A program made the position numbers and the translations under genes. Source: an uncultured Chloroflexia bacterium (lineage in GTDB: Bacteria; Chloroflexota; Anaerolineae; CG2-30-64-16). From it: DNA of 64,000 bases. The stretch covers positions 290,074 through 354,073 of the forward strand of contig CAVZDU010000008.1 of assembly GCA_963774265.1 (NCBI GenBank). The letters are read 5' to 3'. Below are positions 18,863-29,090 of this stretch, in pieces (the first letter of the stretch is position 1; the number at the start of each line of letters is the position of its first letter). The notes beneath the pieces were generated by a model that did not search any database, was not told where the DNA came from, and saw only the letters and a program-made list of their open reading frames with translations.

Positions 18863-21433
18863 ATGAATAACGAAATCCCAGTAAACCTCAATCACCTAGG
18901 GATCGTCCGGCCGATCAGTATTGATGACGAGATGCGGGGGTCCTACCTGGATTACGCGATGAGCGTGATTGTGTCGCGCGCACTCCCTGATGCGCGCGAC
19001 GGCCTCAAGCCGGTCCAACGCCGCATCTTGTACGCGATGCACGACATGGGCATGCGGCCGGGCACACCTTATCGTAAATCGGCCCGCATCGTCGGTGAGG
19101 TACTGGGCAAATATCACCCTCACGGTGACTCCGCGGTTTATGACGCCATGGCGCGGATGGCGCAGGATTTCAGCCTCCGTTACCCGTTGGTGGATGGCCA
19201 GGGCAACTTTGGGTCGGTGGATGGCGATGCACCGGCAGCCATGCGTTATACCGAGGCCCGACTGGCTCGCATCGCCGAGGCGATGATGGCGGACATCGAC
19301 AAGGAAACCGTCGACTGGAATGAGAACTTCGACGGCAGCCTGCAAGAGCCGGCTGTCTTGCCTGCGCTCCTGCCCAACTTACTCTTGAACGGCGCTAGCG
19401 GCATCGCGGTTGGCATGGCAACCAATATCCCGCCGCACAATCTCGGCGAGGTCGTCGACGCAATTGTCCACCTGATCGACCACTGGACTGAAGTCGACGA
19501 TATCACCGTCGAAGAGCTGATGCAGTTCATTCAAGGTCCCGATTTCCCGACCGGAGGATTGGTGCTTGGCCGGGAGGAGATCCAGTCTGCTTATGGCACG
19601 GGCAAAGGTCGCATCATCATGCGTGCCCGGGCACGCATCGAGGAAATGAGCGGCGGCCGGCACCGCATCATCGTCTCCGAGATCCCATACCAACTCAACA
19701 AGAGCAACATCCTTGAGCGAATCGCGCAATTGGTTCGGGATGGCCGCATCAGCGATATCAGCGACCTGCGCGACGAGTCCGATCGGACCGGCATGCGTAT
19801 CGTCATCGAACTCAAGCGCTCCGCTTCACCGCGCAAAACCCTGAATCGGCTGTTCAAATTCACGCCGTTGCAAAGCACATTTGGCATAAACCTGCTGGCG
19901 TTGGTCGACGGCGAGCCGCGGCTGCTGAGCCTCAAGCGCGCGCTGCAACTCTACATCGACCATCGGATCGAGGTCATCACCCGGCGCACCAATTATCTCC
20001 TGAAAGCAGCGCGCGAACGCGTCCACGTCTTGGAGGGCCTGCGGATCGCTCTGGAGTTCCTCGATGAGGTGATTCGCATCATCCGCGCAGCCGACAGCGC
20101 AGAAGATGCCAAATCCAAGCTGATCGCACGCTTCAACCTGAGTGACCGGCAGGCGCAGGCCATACTGGACATGCAGCTCCGTAGGTTGGCCAGCCTGGAA
20201 CGCCAGAAGATTGAGGCTGAGTACCAGGAGTTATTGAATCAGATCGCTTACTACGAGTCGCTCCTGGCCGACCCCACGTTGGTCCTGGATGTCATTCGTG
20301 AGGAGGTGTTGAGCCTCAGGGAGAAATTCGCTGATCGCCGGCGCACGGAAATCGTGGCCGAGGCCGCAGAGGGGTTCTCTGAAGAGGATCTTATCCGCCA
20401 GGAAGCTGTGTTGATCAGCGTGACACAAGGCAGCTACATCAAACGCACACCGCTGACCGCGTATCGGGCCCAAAAGCGCGGCGGCAGGGGTGTGCAGGGG
20501 ATGCGGACAAAAGACGAAGACGAGGTCGTGGATCTGCTCTCGGCGCGCACTTTAGACCACATGCTCTGCTTCACCAACCGCGGCCGCGTATATGGGCAGC
20601 GGGTCTTCAACCTGCCCGAAACCGCCCGCGATGGGCGGGGCCTGCCGATGGTCAACTTCCTTAACCTGACTCCCGATGAGCGGGTGACTGCCACCCTGGT
20701 CGTGCCTGACTTCGAACAGGCGGAGTACGTAACATTGCTCACCCAACACGGCAAAATCAAAAGGATGCAGCTGTCTGAATTTCGCGATGTGCGGCCGAGC
20801 GGCATCATCGCCATGAATCTGGGCCCGGGAGACGAATTGAGTTGGGCGCGGCTCACTCACGGCAAGGATGACTTCTTGATCGTGACGGCCGCCGGCAAGG
20901 CGTGTCGTTTCACTGAGCGGGAAGTCCGCCCCATGGGACGAACCGCCGCGGGGGTGAAGGCCATTCGGCTAGCCACCGAAGACACCATTGCAGCTTTTGA
21001 CGTCGTTGAGCCGGACGGTGAGCTGCTCGTCGTGAGCGAACTAGGGTTTGGTAAACGTTGCCCTATGAGTGAGTTTCCGGTTCACGGGCGCAACTCACAA
21101 GGTGTGTGGGCACTGGATCACCGTCTGATTGAGGAGACGGGCAAAGTGGCTGCGGCGCGCGTGGTGCACCCCGACGATCAGGTGACAATCATGACGTCGG
21201 GAGGCATTGTTATTCGCACGCTGGTGAAGGATATCCGGCAGGCAGGCCGTGCGACCAAAGGTGTCAAGGTGGTGACGCCCGGCAACGGAGACACCGTCAA
21301 GGCGATGGCGCGACTCTCCGCTGCGGTCGAGGCCAAGGCCGATGCTGAGGCTCAAGCCGAAGCCGCGCTCAGCGTCACCCGCAAGGTGATGGGGGAAGAG
21401 GACGGGCAGATGGCTGAGGAGCCTGTAATCTGA
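18863..21433 (+). CDS. gyrA: DNA gyrase subunit A
   Basis: [22 protein letters not shown], GyrA-box QKRGGRG, beta-pinwheel C-terminal domain. TATAAT at 18824-18829. Confidence 0.97.
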   Translation: MNNEIPVNLNHLGIVRPISIDDEMRGSYLDYAMSVIVSRALPDARDGLKPVQRRILYAMHDMGMRPGTPYRKSARIVGEVLGKYHPHGDSAVYDAMARMAQDFSLRYPLVDGQGNFGSVDGDAPAAMRYTEARLARIAEAMMADIDKETVDWNENFDGSLQEPAVLPALLPNLLLNGASGIAVGMATNIPPHNLGEVVDAIVHLIDHWTEVDDITVEELMQFIQGPDFPTGGLVLGREEIQSAYGTGKGRIIMRARARIEEMSGGRHRIIVSEIPYQLNKSNILERIAQLVRDGRISDISDLRDESDRTGMRIVIELKRSASPRKTLNRLFKFTPLQSTFGINLLALVDGEPRLLSLKRALQLYIDHRIEVITRRTNYLLKAARERVHVLEGLRIALEFLDEVIRIIRAADSAEDAKSKLIARFNLSDRQAQAILDMQLRRLASLERQKIEAEYQELLNQIAYYESLLADPTLVLDVIREEVLSLREKFADRRRTEIVAEAAEGFSEEDLIRQEAVLISVTQGSYIKRTPLTAYRAQKRGGRGVQGMRTKDEDEVVDLLSARTLDHMLCFTNRGRVYGQRVFNLPETARDGRGLPMVNFLNLTPDERVTATLVVPDFEQAEYVTLLTQHGKIKRMQLSEFRDVRPSGIIAMNLGPGDELSWARLTHGKDDFLIVTAAGKACRFTEREVRPMGRTAAGVKAIRLATEDTIAAFDVVEPDGELLVVSELGFGKRCPMSEFPVHGRNSQGVWALDHRLIEETGKVAAARVVHPDDQVTIMTSGGIVIRTLVKDIRQAGRATKGVKVVTPGNGDTVKAMARLSAAVEAKADAEAQAEAALSVTRKVMGEEDGQMAEEPVI

Positions 21434-21449
21434 GTTGGAGGTCTGAGCA

Positions 21450-22841
21450 GTGGTATCCCTTGCCTCCATTATCCGGCGCGACCGTCTCTATGTAGAGGTC
21501 ATGACCGATCCGTCGGCGGAGGCCCTGGCGGAGACGCTGGTGGCGTTCGCGAATACGGACGGCGGCACGGTTCTGTTAGGTGTCGATGCAGCAGGCGAAA
21601 TAACTGGCGATCTGCAAATTGAGGATGTCGACAGCCTCCTGCGCGCTGCGCTGGCTCATTGCCGTCCCATTGTGCGGACCGAGCTTGAACGCATTGAGGA
21701 CCGAGGAGGACTTGCAGTTGCGATTGTCGTCTCGCGCAGCGCCGATCTGCATGGCCTAACAGACGGGCGCATGTTGATTCGCGCGGGGGAAGGCAACGCG
21801 CCCATGGATGCACAGCGCGTGCAAATCCTTGCTGTCAGCAAGGCGACTCTGGACTTTGAAAAGGAGATCATTTCAGACGCAACGCGCGACGATTTAGATC
21901 CTGAAGTGATCAACGATTACCTTAAGCACCGGCGGGATCGGGTGGGGCGTGATATCAGCGAGACGCCTGACGAGTTGCTGCATTTGCTGGGAGCTGTTAC
22001 TCGTTCAGAACAGATCACCGTGGCCGGCATCCTCTTGTTCGGCAAAGACCCGCAAGCGTTCCTGCCGCAGAGCGGGGTCACCTACGTACGTTTCCCGGGA
22101 AAAGAACCGCAAGCGCGCTACACTCGGCGCGAGGATTTTGATGGAGCGCTGGCGCGTATCATTGAGAAATGCTGGCAAGTGCTGCTGGTGGAACTGCGCG
22201 GCGAAGCGATCATGCGCGGCCTGAAGCGCGAGGAATATACCATTTTGCCGCTTGAGGCAGTGCGTGAAGCACTGGTCAATGCGGTCTCGCACCGCGAATA
22301 TCGCTTGGCTGGCCGTCGTGTCGAGATCAGGCAGTACGACGACCGCCTGGAGATTATCAGCCCAGGCTCCTTGCCAGCGTACATCACCCTGGACAACATG
22401 GTGGAAGAGCACTTCTCACGCAATTCGAGGGTGGTGAAGGGTTTGTACGAGTGGCGCTTCATCGAGGAATTGGGCCTCGGAGTCGACCTGATCTACTCGC
22501 TGATGCAGCAGCAAGGTCATCCGCCACCCGAGTTCAAGGCCGACCAGAACACGGTCGTCGTTACATTGCGCCGTGGCGTGGGGATTCCCAATCCGCTCCG
22601 GTTCGCGCCTGACGAGGAAGGACGTCTAAACGAGCGACAAATCAAGGCGATTCTGTACCTGAGGCAGTATGGCCGGATCACGCACCGCGAGTACCGTGAT
22701 CTCTGCGAAGACGTCAGCCCCGAGACCTTACGCCTGGATCTGGCGGATTTGGTCGACAAGAACGTGGTGGTAAAGATCGGCGATAAAAAGGGAACGTCCT
22801 ACATCCTCAAGAACGTCGCGAAGACAAACCCGAAGACGTAG
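21450..22841 (+). CDS. Schlafen/AlbA_2 + HATPase_c_4 + winged-HTH protein (putative regulator)
   Basis: LVAFANTDGGTVLLGV, VREALVNAVSHREY, RLEIISPG, FIEELGLG, C-terminal wHTH (LNERQ...TLRLDLADLV). Confidence 0.85.
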   Translation: MVSLASIIRRDRLYVEVMTDPSAEALAETLVAFANTDGGTVLLGVDAAGEITGDLQIEDVDSLLRAALAHCRPIVRTELERIEDRGGLAVAIVVSRSADLHGLTDGRMLIRAGEGNAPMDAQRVQILAVSKATLDFEKEIISDATRDDLDPEVINDYLKHRRDRVGRDISETPDELLHLLGAVTRSEQITVAGILLFGKDPQAFLPQSGVTYVRFPGKEPQARYTRREDFDGALARIIEKCWQVLLVELRGEAIMRGLKREEYTILPLEAVREALVNAVSHREYRLAGRRVEIRQYDDRLEIISPGSLPAYITLDNMVEEHFSRNSRVVKGLYEWRFIEELGLGVDLIYSLMQQQGHPPPEFKADQNTVVVTLRRGVGIPNPLRFAPDEEGRLNERQIKAILYLRQYGRITHREYRDLCEDVSPETLRLDLADLVDKNVVVKIGDKKGTSYILKNVAKTNPKT

Positions 22842-22875
22842 AGTTATCCCAAATTCGATTTGGGTTATATTTGGG

Positions 22876-23679
22876 TTATCGCAGGCCGCATGGGTTCCAG
22901 GCGGCCTGCGTTGCATCATGGGTCAGGTGGAGAAGGTCGAGCAATGCCCGGGAAAAACGGGCAGGGTCACCCGTGGTGTAAAACTCGTGACTTGCCGGTG
23001 ACCCCGTCGCAAGCAAGTCGCGCTGGGCAAGGACCCGGCCGACCTGCCGCGCCACGGCTGGTGCTGGATCGATGATCTCGATATCAGGACCGGCAACGGC
23101 CTCGATCAGCGGCCTCAGAAACGGGTAGTGCGTGCAGCCGAGAACCAATTCATCCACGCCGGCATCGATCAGGGGGGTCACATAGGCTGCTACCGCAGCG
23201 CGCGCCCGATCCGTCGTCACCTCGCCTGCCTCCACCAATGGCACCAATTCGGGGCACACCTGGGCATGCACCGTAACCTCAGCACCAAACCGGTTGATGA
23301 GGCTGGCGAACAACTCACCTTGAAACGTTGCCTGCGTGGCCAGCACACCAACATGCCGCGAGCGCGTCCGTTGAGCAGCAGGCTTGACGGCCGGCTCCAT
23401 GCCAACGAACGGGACACCCGGATACTGGCCGCGCAACCAGTGAAGTGCAGCAGCCGAGGCTGTGTTGCAGGCGATCACGATCACGTGTGCCCCCTTGCCC
23501 AGCAGAAAACGCGTGATCCCATGTGACAGCCCACGAATCTCGTCGAGCGAGCGCTGGCCGTATGGCGCGTTCGCCTGGTCAGCCAGGTAGATCAATGGCT
23601 GCGCGGGCAACTGCGCCATCAGCTCAGCGACGACTGACAGCCCGCCCACCCCCGAATCGAACACACCGACCGGAATCAT
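22876..23679 (-). CDS. murI: Glutamate racemase
   Basis: GVFDSGVGGLSV, PYG, VIACNTAS, VLGCTHYPFL. Confidence 0.95.
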   Translation of the reverse strand: MIPVGVFDSGVGGLSVVAELMAQLPAQPLIYLADQANAPYGQRSLDEIRGLSHGITRFLLGKGAHVIVIACNTASAAALHWLRGQYPGVPFVGMEPAVKPAAQRTRSRHVGVLATQATFQGELFASLINRFGAEVTVHAQVCPELVPLVEAGEVTTDRARAAVAAYVTPLIDAGVDELVLGCTHYPFLRPLIEAVAGPDIEIIDPAPAVARQVGRVLAQRDLLATGSPASHEFYTTGDPARFSRALLDLLHLTHDATQAAWNPCGLR

Positions 23680-23711
23680 CGCCCCCTCTTCATCGGTTGT
23701 TTTCGCCCAAA

Positions 23712-24452
23712 TTAATCCTTCGCACAGGCGGCCACAAAGATCTCGAAAATCCTGCGAGCATGCGGTTCTGTGCGAAACATACCTTCGGGGTGCCATTGCA
23801 CGGCCAAAGCAAACCGCTTATCGGGATGCTCGATGGCTTCGACCACACCGTCTTCGGCGTACGCCACCCCTTTGAATTCACTTGCGATCGCTTTGAGAGA
23901 CTGATGATGAAAGCTGTTGGTCATGATTTCGTGCTCGCCCAGGATGCTAGCCAGCAAGCAGCGCGGCTCGATAACGACTTTGTGCGTCGGCCGTTCCCAT
24001 GCGCTATCGGCCAACTTGTAGTCGTGGGTCGACGCGCCGGCGACCTGGTCAGGAATATGCTGATACAGGCTGCCGCCCGCGGCTACATTGAGCAACTGAA
24101 TGCCCCGGCAAATGCCGAGCACGGGCAGATCCGCATCCAACGCCCAACGGGCTAAGGTCAGCTCGGTCTCATCGCGTGCCCGGTCAACGCTTCCTAAGTG
24201 TGCGTGGCGTGATTCGCCGTACGCGCCGGGATCCACATCCACGCCGCCTGACAGGCACAGCCCATCTAGACGCTCGAAAATAGCTCGCAAGGTGCCATTC
24301 GGAAGGTTTAGTGGGATTACCAGGGGCAATGCACCGCACGCGGCCAGTGCAGCTGGATAGTGCCCGTTAAACCGATAGCTTGGGGTGGCGGTGTATTCCT
24401 GGTCGACCTGAGTGGCGGCCGGGATGCCGATGAGTGGGTAGGATGGGGTCAC
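23712..24452 (-). CDS. Peptidase C26 / gamma-glutamyl-gamma-aminobutyrate hydrolase family
   Basis: LSGGVDVDP, LGICRGIQLLNVA, NSFHHQ, AVQWHPE. GTG start after AGGAG. Confidence 0.9.
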   Translation of the reverse strand: MTPSYPLIGIPAATQVDQEYTATPSYRFNGHYPAALAACGALPLVIPLNLPNGTLRAIFERLDGLCLSGGVDVDPGAYGESRHAHLGSVDRARDETELTLARWALDADLPVLGICRGIQLLNVAAGGSLYQHIPDQVAGASTHDYKLADSAWERPTHKVVIEPRCLLASILGEHEIMTNSFHHQSLKAIASEFKGVAYAEDGVVEAIEHPDKRFALAVQWHPEGMFRTEPHARRIFEIFVAACAKD

Positions 24453-24555
24453 GCAGTTTCGCTCCTGAATGTTTTCGCACCACCAGTGCGCGGGCGGGAT
24501 TATAGCGCCAGTGGGACGAGTTGCCAACTCGACCCACACACGGTATATTCGGCCT

Positions 24556-26390
24556 GTGACTTCCTCTCGCATCGCGCGCGATTCGTGCATAGCTGGCCTC
24601 GTGTTGATTGTGTTCTTCGCTGGGCTGTATCTGCTCACGCTGGATAATGGGTTGCGCCCTGGGGAGCTGGAGGGTGGCGATCTGATCACTCACCAGTACG
24701 CGCGAGGTGCAGGGGCGGCCCAGTAACGCACCGGGCTATCCGCTGTATACGATGGGCGGCTGGTTGTGGTTCCGCGCCGGGCGCGCCCTGCTGGGCGTGG
24801 ACCATAATCCGATCCAAATCCTGTCCAGCTACTCGACCTTGTGGGCGCTCGTGGCACTTGCACTGCTCTATTGGCTGTGCCAGGAAGTGACAGGACGCAA
24901 CTGGCCGGTGGCTGTATTAGCCACCGCATTTTTGGGCCTCACCTATTTCTTCTGGTATTACGCGGTCACCACCGAACAGTACACCTCTTCGGTGGCGTGG
25001 ACGTTGGCCGTCCTTCTGCTGGCGTTTCGATGGGAGCGAACCCGACGTGATAGTCATCTGCTGGGGCTCGCCCTGCTCGCAGGGATCGGGCTGGCCCACC
25101 AGCTCACCGTGCTGGCAATCTTGCCGCCTCTGCTGTGGCTCATTCTCCGCACCGAGCCGAGCTTACTCCGGCGCGGCAGGCTGATCTCAGCGGCCATAGT
25201 GCTGGTGATTTTGCCCTTGCTGAGCTATCTCTTCGTCTACGTACGCGGCGCGCAGCACCCGGAGTGGCGCGGCGTGGGCCAGTGGGCGAGCACCTGGGCA
25301 TGGTTCCTGAGTTTTGTCTCCACCGGCCAGGGCCGCGGCGAGTTGACATGGTCACTACAGCCGTTCCTCACCCCAGTGTTCCCGGCGCTCATTTGGGGCG
25401 AGATGACCTGGCCCGGGCTGCTCGCCGGTCTGACGGGCATTTCGGCGCTTGGCCGGCGCCGCGTGGCTCTGCTCTACGCAACAATCGTGATCTACCTCAT
25501 CTTCTGCTGGATCGACCGGCTTGGCAACTGGTACCAGGTTGTCATGCCCGTATATGCCCTCCTGGTGTTGGGACTGGCGGCCGGTGCGAATTGGGTCATC
25601 CAGCATGCGCGGAGCAAGTCGGTTACCGCGGTCGTCTTCGTGTCCCTCGTCGCCTTGGTGGCTTATCGCGGCGTCGCATCGTTTCCGCGCGCCGACGCCA
25701 GCAACCGGCCGGATGACACCGCGCTCGGCGCCGGGATGGGCAATCCTGGCCGATGATCCGCCGCTGGGAACGGCCATTCTTGGAACACAACCGGAATCGT
25801 TGAGTCTGGGTTACTTGACAGAAATCTGGGGCCAGCGCGCGGACCTGCGCGGGATTACAAGCGCCGAGGCGCGAGGGCTGTTAGCTAGCCCAGGCTTCGC
25901 AGCGACTGAGGCCGCGCTGCCATTAGTGGCCACGGAAGTGGATCCCCACGCCCGATACAGCGCGCTCGGCCGCACCTTGTCTTGGGTGCGCGCTGATGCT
26001 TCAACCGAGATTCCCACCGGCTTGCTGCCCTGGCGCCAGGCATTCGGCGACGAGCTCGCGTTGGTGGGAGGTAATACAACGCGCAATCGCGCGACAGGGG
26101 AAGAAGTGGTGATTCTTGCCTGGCAGGCAACCGGAACACCGGCGCACGATTGGTCGATTTCCGTCCGCCTCGTGCAAGGCGGGGTCGAGATCGCACAGAT
26201 GGACCGCCAACGTCCCGTTTTCGGCGCCTATCCTACCACTCGCTGGCTTCCTGGCGAAGTAGTAACGGACGCTTACGCCTTTGCACTGCCTGCCGGCGCC
26301 TCCCCACAGGCGGTGACTGTCGTGGTGTATCGCCGCGCCGAAGACGGTGGGTTCCTCAACCTGGACACTGCGACGTTCCAGTTGCAGTAG
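24556..26390 (+). CDS. DUF2723/TMEM260-like GT-C membrane glycosyltransferase (two frameshifts, near 24705 and 25730)
   Basis: GGDLITHQY / APGYPLY, multiple TM helices, TTEQY, GLAHQ. C-terminal AYPTTRWLPGEVVTD module. Spread over three reading frames. Confidence 0.7.
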
Positions 26391-26401
26391 CGTCCAGGAC
26401 A

Positions 26402-26437
26402 ACAAAGCAGCGGTGCCTTGAGGCGCCGCCGCTTTGT
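26402..26437. terminator. Hairpin between convergent GT-C gene and rplI
   Basis: ACAAAGCAGCGGTGCCT-tg-AGGCGCCGCCGCTTTGT (imperfect). Confidence 0.6.
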
Positions 26438-26461
26438 GTAGGCTCTGGCAAATTGAGCGGC

Positions 26462-26920
26462 CTAAATGGGTTCCTTGCTGCGTTCGACAATGGCCGTGAT
26501 CGTTGCCGTCAGACCGCCACCCAGCCGCAACGTTATGGCGTGATGCCCAAGCGACTTGATTGGATGCTCCAGGTCGATCACGCGCTTGTCCACGGATATC
26601 CCGGTGCTCTTGCTCAGCGCCTCTGCCACATCTTGTCCGGTGATGGATCCATACAGGCGGTCGCCCTCGCCAGAGCGCGCCTTGAAAACAACGGTTTGGC
26701 CTTCAAGCTTCGCAGCCAGGGTTTTGGCCTCGTTCGTTTTCTTCTCGATTTTGCGCACCTCGGCGGCCTTGAGCTGCTCTGCTACCTTAACGCTGCCCTC
26801 AGTCACCGGTTGCGCCAATTTGTTAGGCAACAGGTAGTTGGCCGCGTGGCCGCCTGCGACCTCTTTCACCTCACCTGCCTTACCAAGGCCCTTGACATCT
26901 TTCAAGAGAAGCACGCGCAT
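26462..26920 (-). CDS. rplI: 50S ribosomal protein bL9
   Basis: MRVLLLKDVKGLGKAGEVKEVAGGHAANYLLP...RLYGSIT...IKSLG. Extended -10 TGCTATAAT at 26969-26961. Confidence 0.96.
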   Translation of the reverse strand: MRVLLLKDVKGLGKAGEVKEVAGGHAANYLLPNKLAQPVTEGSVKVAEQLKAAEVRKIEKKTNEAKTLAAKLEGQTVVFKARSGEGDRLYGSITGQDVAEALSKSTGISVDKRVIDLEHPIKSLGHHAITLRLGGGLTATITAIVERSKEPI

Positions 26921-26978
26921 TGCCTCATCTCCCTCGATCAAGCTGATTTATTGCGTGCCGATTATAGCATAACTTGCG

Positions 26979-27179
26979 TCAGCCACCCCATGCGCCGTGG
27001 TAATACCGCCACTCGGGATCATAGCTCTCCGGGTGCATCACCGAACGAGCAGCCTGCTCGTCCCTTGTCGGTGGGGCAGACGGTGCAGATTCCGGTTTGG
27101 GCTGGTCCACGAAACGGCTTGACGCTTGCGTGGCGCCGTTCCCCTTGGGTGGGTGGCTTGTATCATCTATCTGGGACAT
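26979..27179 (-). CDS. Small orphan protein (66 aa), disordered N-terminus, aromatic C-terminus
   Basis: AGGAG RBS 8 nt upstream of ATG. Directly downstream of an attenuator. Ends PEWRYYHGAWGG. Confidence 0.65.
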   Translation of the reverse strand: MSQIDDTSHPPKGNGATQASSRFVDQPKPESAPSAPPTRDEQAARSVMHPESYDPEWRYYHGAWGG

Positions 27180-27217
27180 GATTTTGTCTCCTGTTGATCC
27201 GTCTGATGAGAGATGAG

Positions 27218-27253
27218 AAAAGAAAGCGGAGCCCCCCGTTTGGAAGGCTCCGC
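27218..27253 (-). terminator. Intrinsic terminator in a 5' leader (attenuator)
   Basis: Minus strand GCGGAGCC-TTCCAAACGGGG-GGCTCCGC followed by TTTCTTTT. Confidence 0.85.
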
Positions 27254-27290
27254 CTGAGTGAACCAGGTCTACGCTGCCCTGTCGCTTGCG

Positions 27291-27368
27291 CTAGCTACTG
27301 CCAAACGGGGGTCGCTCCTTGTCTCCAAGGAGCGCGGTAAGCAACAGGCCGATAGCGCGCGTATACAT
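27291..27368 (-). CDS. Leader peptide (uORF) MYTRAIGLLLTALLGDKERPPFGSS
   Basis: 25 codons plus TAG, read by hand. AAAGAGA upstream. Lies between a promoter and a terminator, and its Pro-Pro-Phe-Gly codons are complementary to the terminator. Confidence 0.7.
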   Translation of the reverse strand: MYTRAIGLLLTALLGDKERPPFGSS

Positions 27369-27389
27369 GGCAGTTCTCTTTCTGGATAA

Positions 27390-27418
27390 AAAGTACCACA
27401 CGTCGATATCTGTGTCAA
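27390..27418 (-). promoter_or_regulatory. Sigma70-type promoter for the leader
   Basis: TTGACA - 17 nt - TACTTT, with extended TG. Confidence 0.7.
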
Positions 27419-27497
27419 AACCTACGAGACGCTCCCACCCCAAACTGAGACTTCTTTAAGGTTCGCTCGTACGCGAGAGCCGTGGTATCATCCCTGT

Positions 27498-28611
27498 GTG
27501 AATGATAGTCTCAACGTTTGGCTGTTGAATCCCTACGCGGCCGGCTCGCATAAGGCGTGGGCCGATGGTTTCGCCGCGCATAGCCGGCACAACGTGGAGA
27601 TCATGGAGATGCAAGGCCGCTTTTGGAAGTGGCGAATGCACGGTGGCGCACTCGAATTGGCTGCGCAAGCGCGCCGTTTGCTCGCGGACGGTACGCGGCC
27701 TGACGTCCTGATTGCGACCAGCATGGCCAACATCCCCGCGTTCTTGGCCTTGATGCGCCGCGAGCTTGGCGCAATCCCCCTGCTGCTCTACATGCACGAA
27801 AACCAGCTCACATACCCACCACCGCCCGGCACGAAACGCGACCTCACGTACGGTATGATCCAACATCTGTCCATGACGGTCGCGGATGCAATTCGCTTCA
27901 ACTCAGCCTACCACATGAGGGTCTGGTTCACCGAGCTTCCGCGGCTGCTGAAGCACTTCCCGGACTACACGCACCTGGAAAGCATCGCCGCCACACGCGC
28001 TGAAGGCCGCTGTGCTGCCTGTTGGCTGCGACTTGCACCGGCTTGATCGCTATCGCACGTCGACGAACCGTGAGACCCCGCCTCTCGTGTTGTGGAACCA
28101 ACGGTGGGAGTACGACAAAGACCCCCAAACAATGCTGGCTGCCCTTTATGCGCTGGCGGATGAGGGCATTCCATTCCGCGTCGCGCTGGCCGGGGAGAGC
28201 TTCCGGGTGCAACCCGCTGAATTTGCAGCCGCATGCGAGCGGCTCGGTCCACGTTTGGTGCACTACGGTTATGCGGAGAGTGAAGCGGAATATGCACGTC
28301 TGCTATGGTCGGCCGATATCGTGCTCAGCACCGCGATTCATGAGTTCTTTGGGGTGGGCATTGCCGAGGCGCTCTATTGCGGCGCGTCCCCGGTGCTGCC
28401 CCGGAGGCTCAGCTATCCCGAATTGCTGCCGGTCGCCGCGCACGAACGCTGCCTTTACGATGACTTCGAGGGACTTATTTCGCAGTTGCGCGCCGCGCTG
28501 GTGCAGCCCCACGCTCTGCCCCAGCTGGCCTCCCACGCGGCCACGTTCGACTGGTCAGTGCAGGCGCCGGTGTATGATGACCTCTTGCTCGCCCTAGCAG
28601 GTCACATCTGA
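27498..28611 (+). CDS. DUF3524 + GT4 glycosyltransferase (GTDC1/QTMAN-like), one frameshift near 28005
   Basis: [31 protein letters not shown]; second frame gives [25 protein letters not shown]. Confidence 0.8.
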
Positions 28612-28938
28612 ATCAGTGTGGAGGATCTCAACGTCGCTGGCCTGGACGCCGCGGGGCCCGTGGGTGATGGAGAACTCAACCAGTTGGCCTGCGCAGGGGG
28701 TCTGTTCCGGACGCAGGCCGGATTTGTGCAAGAATACATCTGCGCCTTGAGCGGGCGAGATGAAACCGTAGCCCTTCCCGCGACTGTACCATTTGACGAT
28801 GCCGCGCTGCCGGCCTGCAGCCGGTGCGAGCTTGCGGCACATCGGGCAGCAGTCCGGTCGGGGATCGCACTGTTCTCCGGCGGTCCACACGAATGGGGTG
28901 TCACAAAAGGCGCATTTAATGATCTGATCAGCGGTCAT
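28594..28938 (-). CDS. Zinc-ribbon + cold-shock domain protein
   Basis: CAFC...FVWTAGEQ...CPMCR, followed by a CSD (GIVKWYSRGKGYGFI, DVFLHKS). Confidence 0.88.
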   Translation of the reverse strand: MTADQIIKCAFCDTPFVWTAGEQCDPRPDCCPMCRKLAPAAGRQRGIVKWYSRGKGYGFISPAQGADVFLHKSGLRPEQTPCAGQLVEFSITHGPRGVQASDVEILHTDSDVTC

Positions 28939-28939
28939 T

Positions 28940-28968
28940 TTGACAAGGATCGGGCCTTACGTTAAAAT
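28940..28968 (+). promoter_or_regulatory. Sigma70 promoter of tRNA-Cys
   Basis: TTGACA - 17 nt - TAAAAT, 12 nt before the tRNA. Confidence 0.8.
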
Positions 28969-28980
28969 GGCGGTCGTTAT

Positions 28981-29051
<71 letters not shown>

Positions 29052-29058
29052 TTCGCAG

Positions 29059-29086
29059 AAGGGCCGGCACTGAGTGCCGGCCCTTT
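29059..29086. terminator. Terminator after tRNA-Cys (probably bidirectional)
   Basis: AAGGGCCGGCAC-tga-GTGCCGGCCCTTT. Confidence 0.8.
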
Positions 29087-29090
29087 GACG

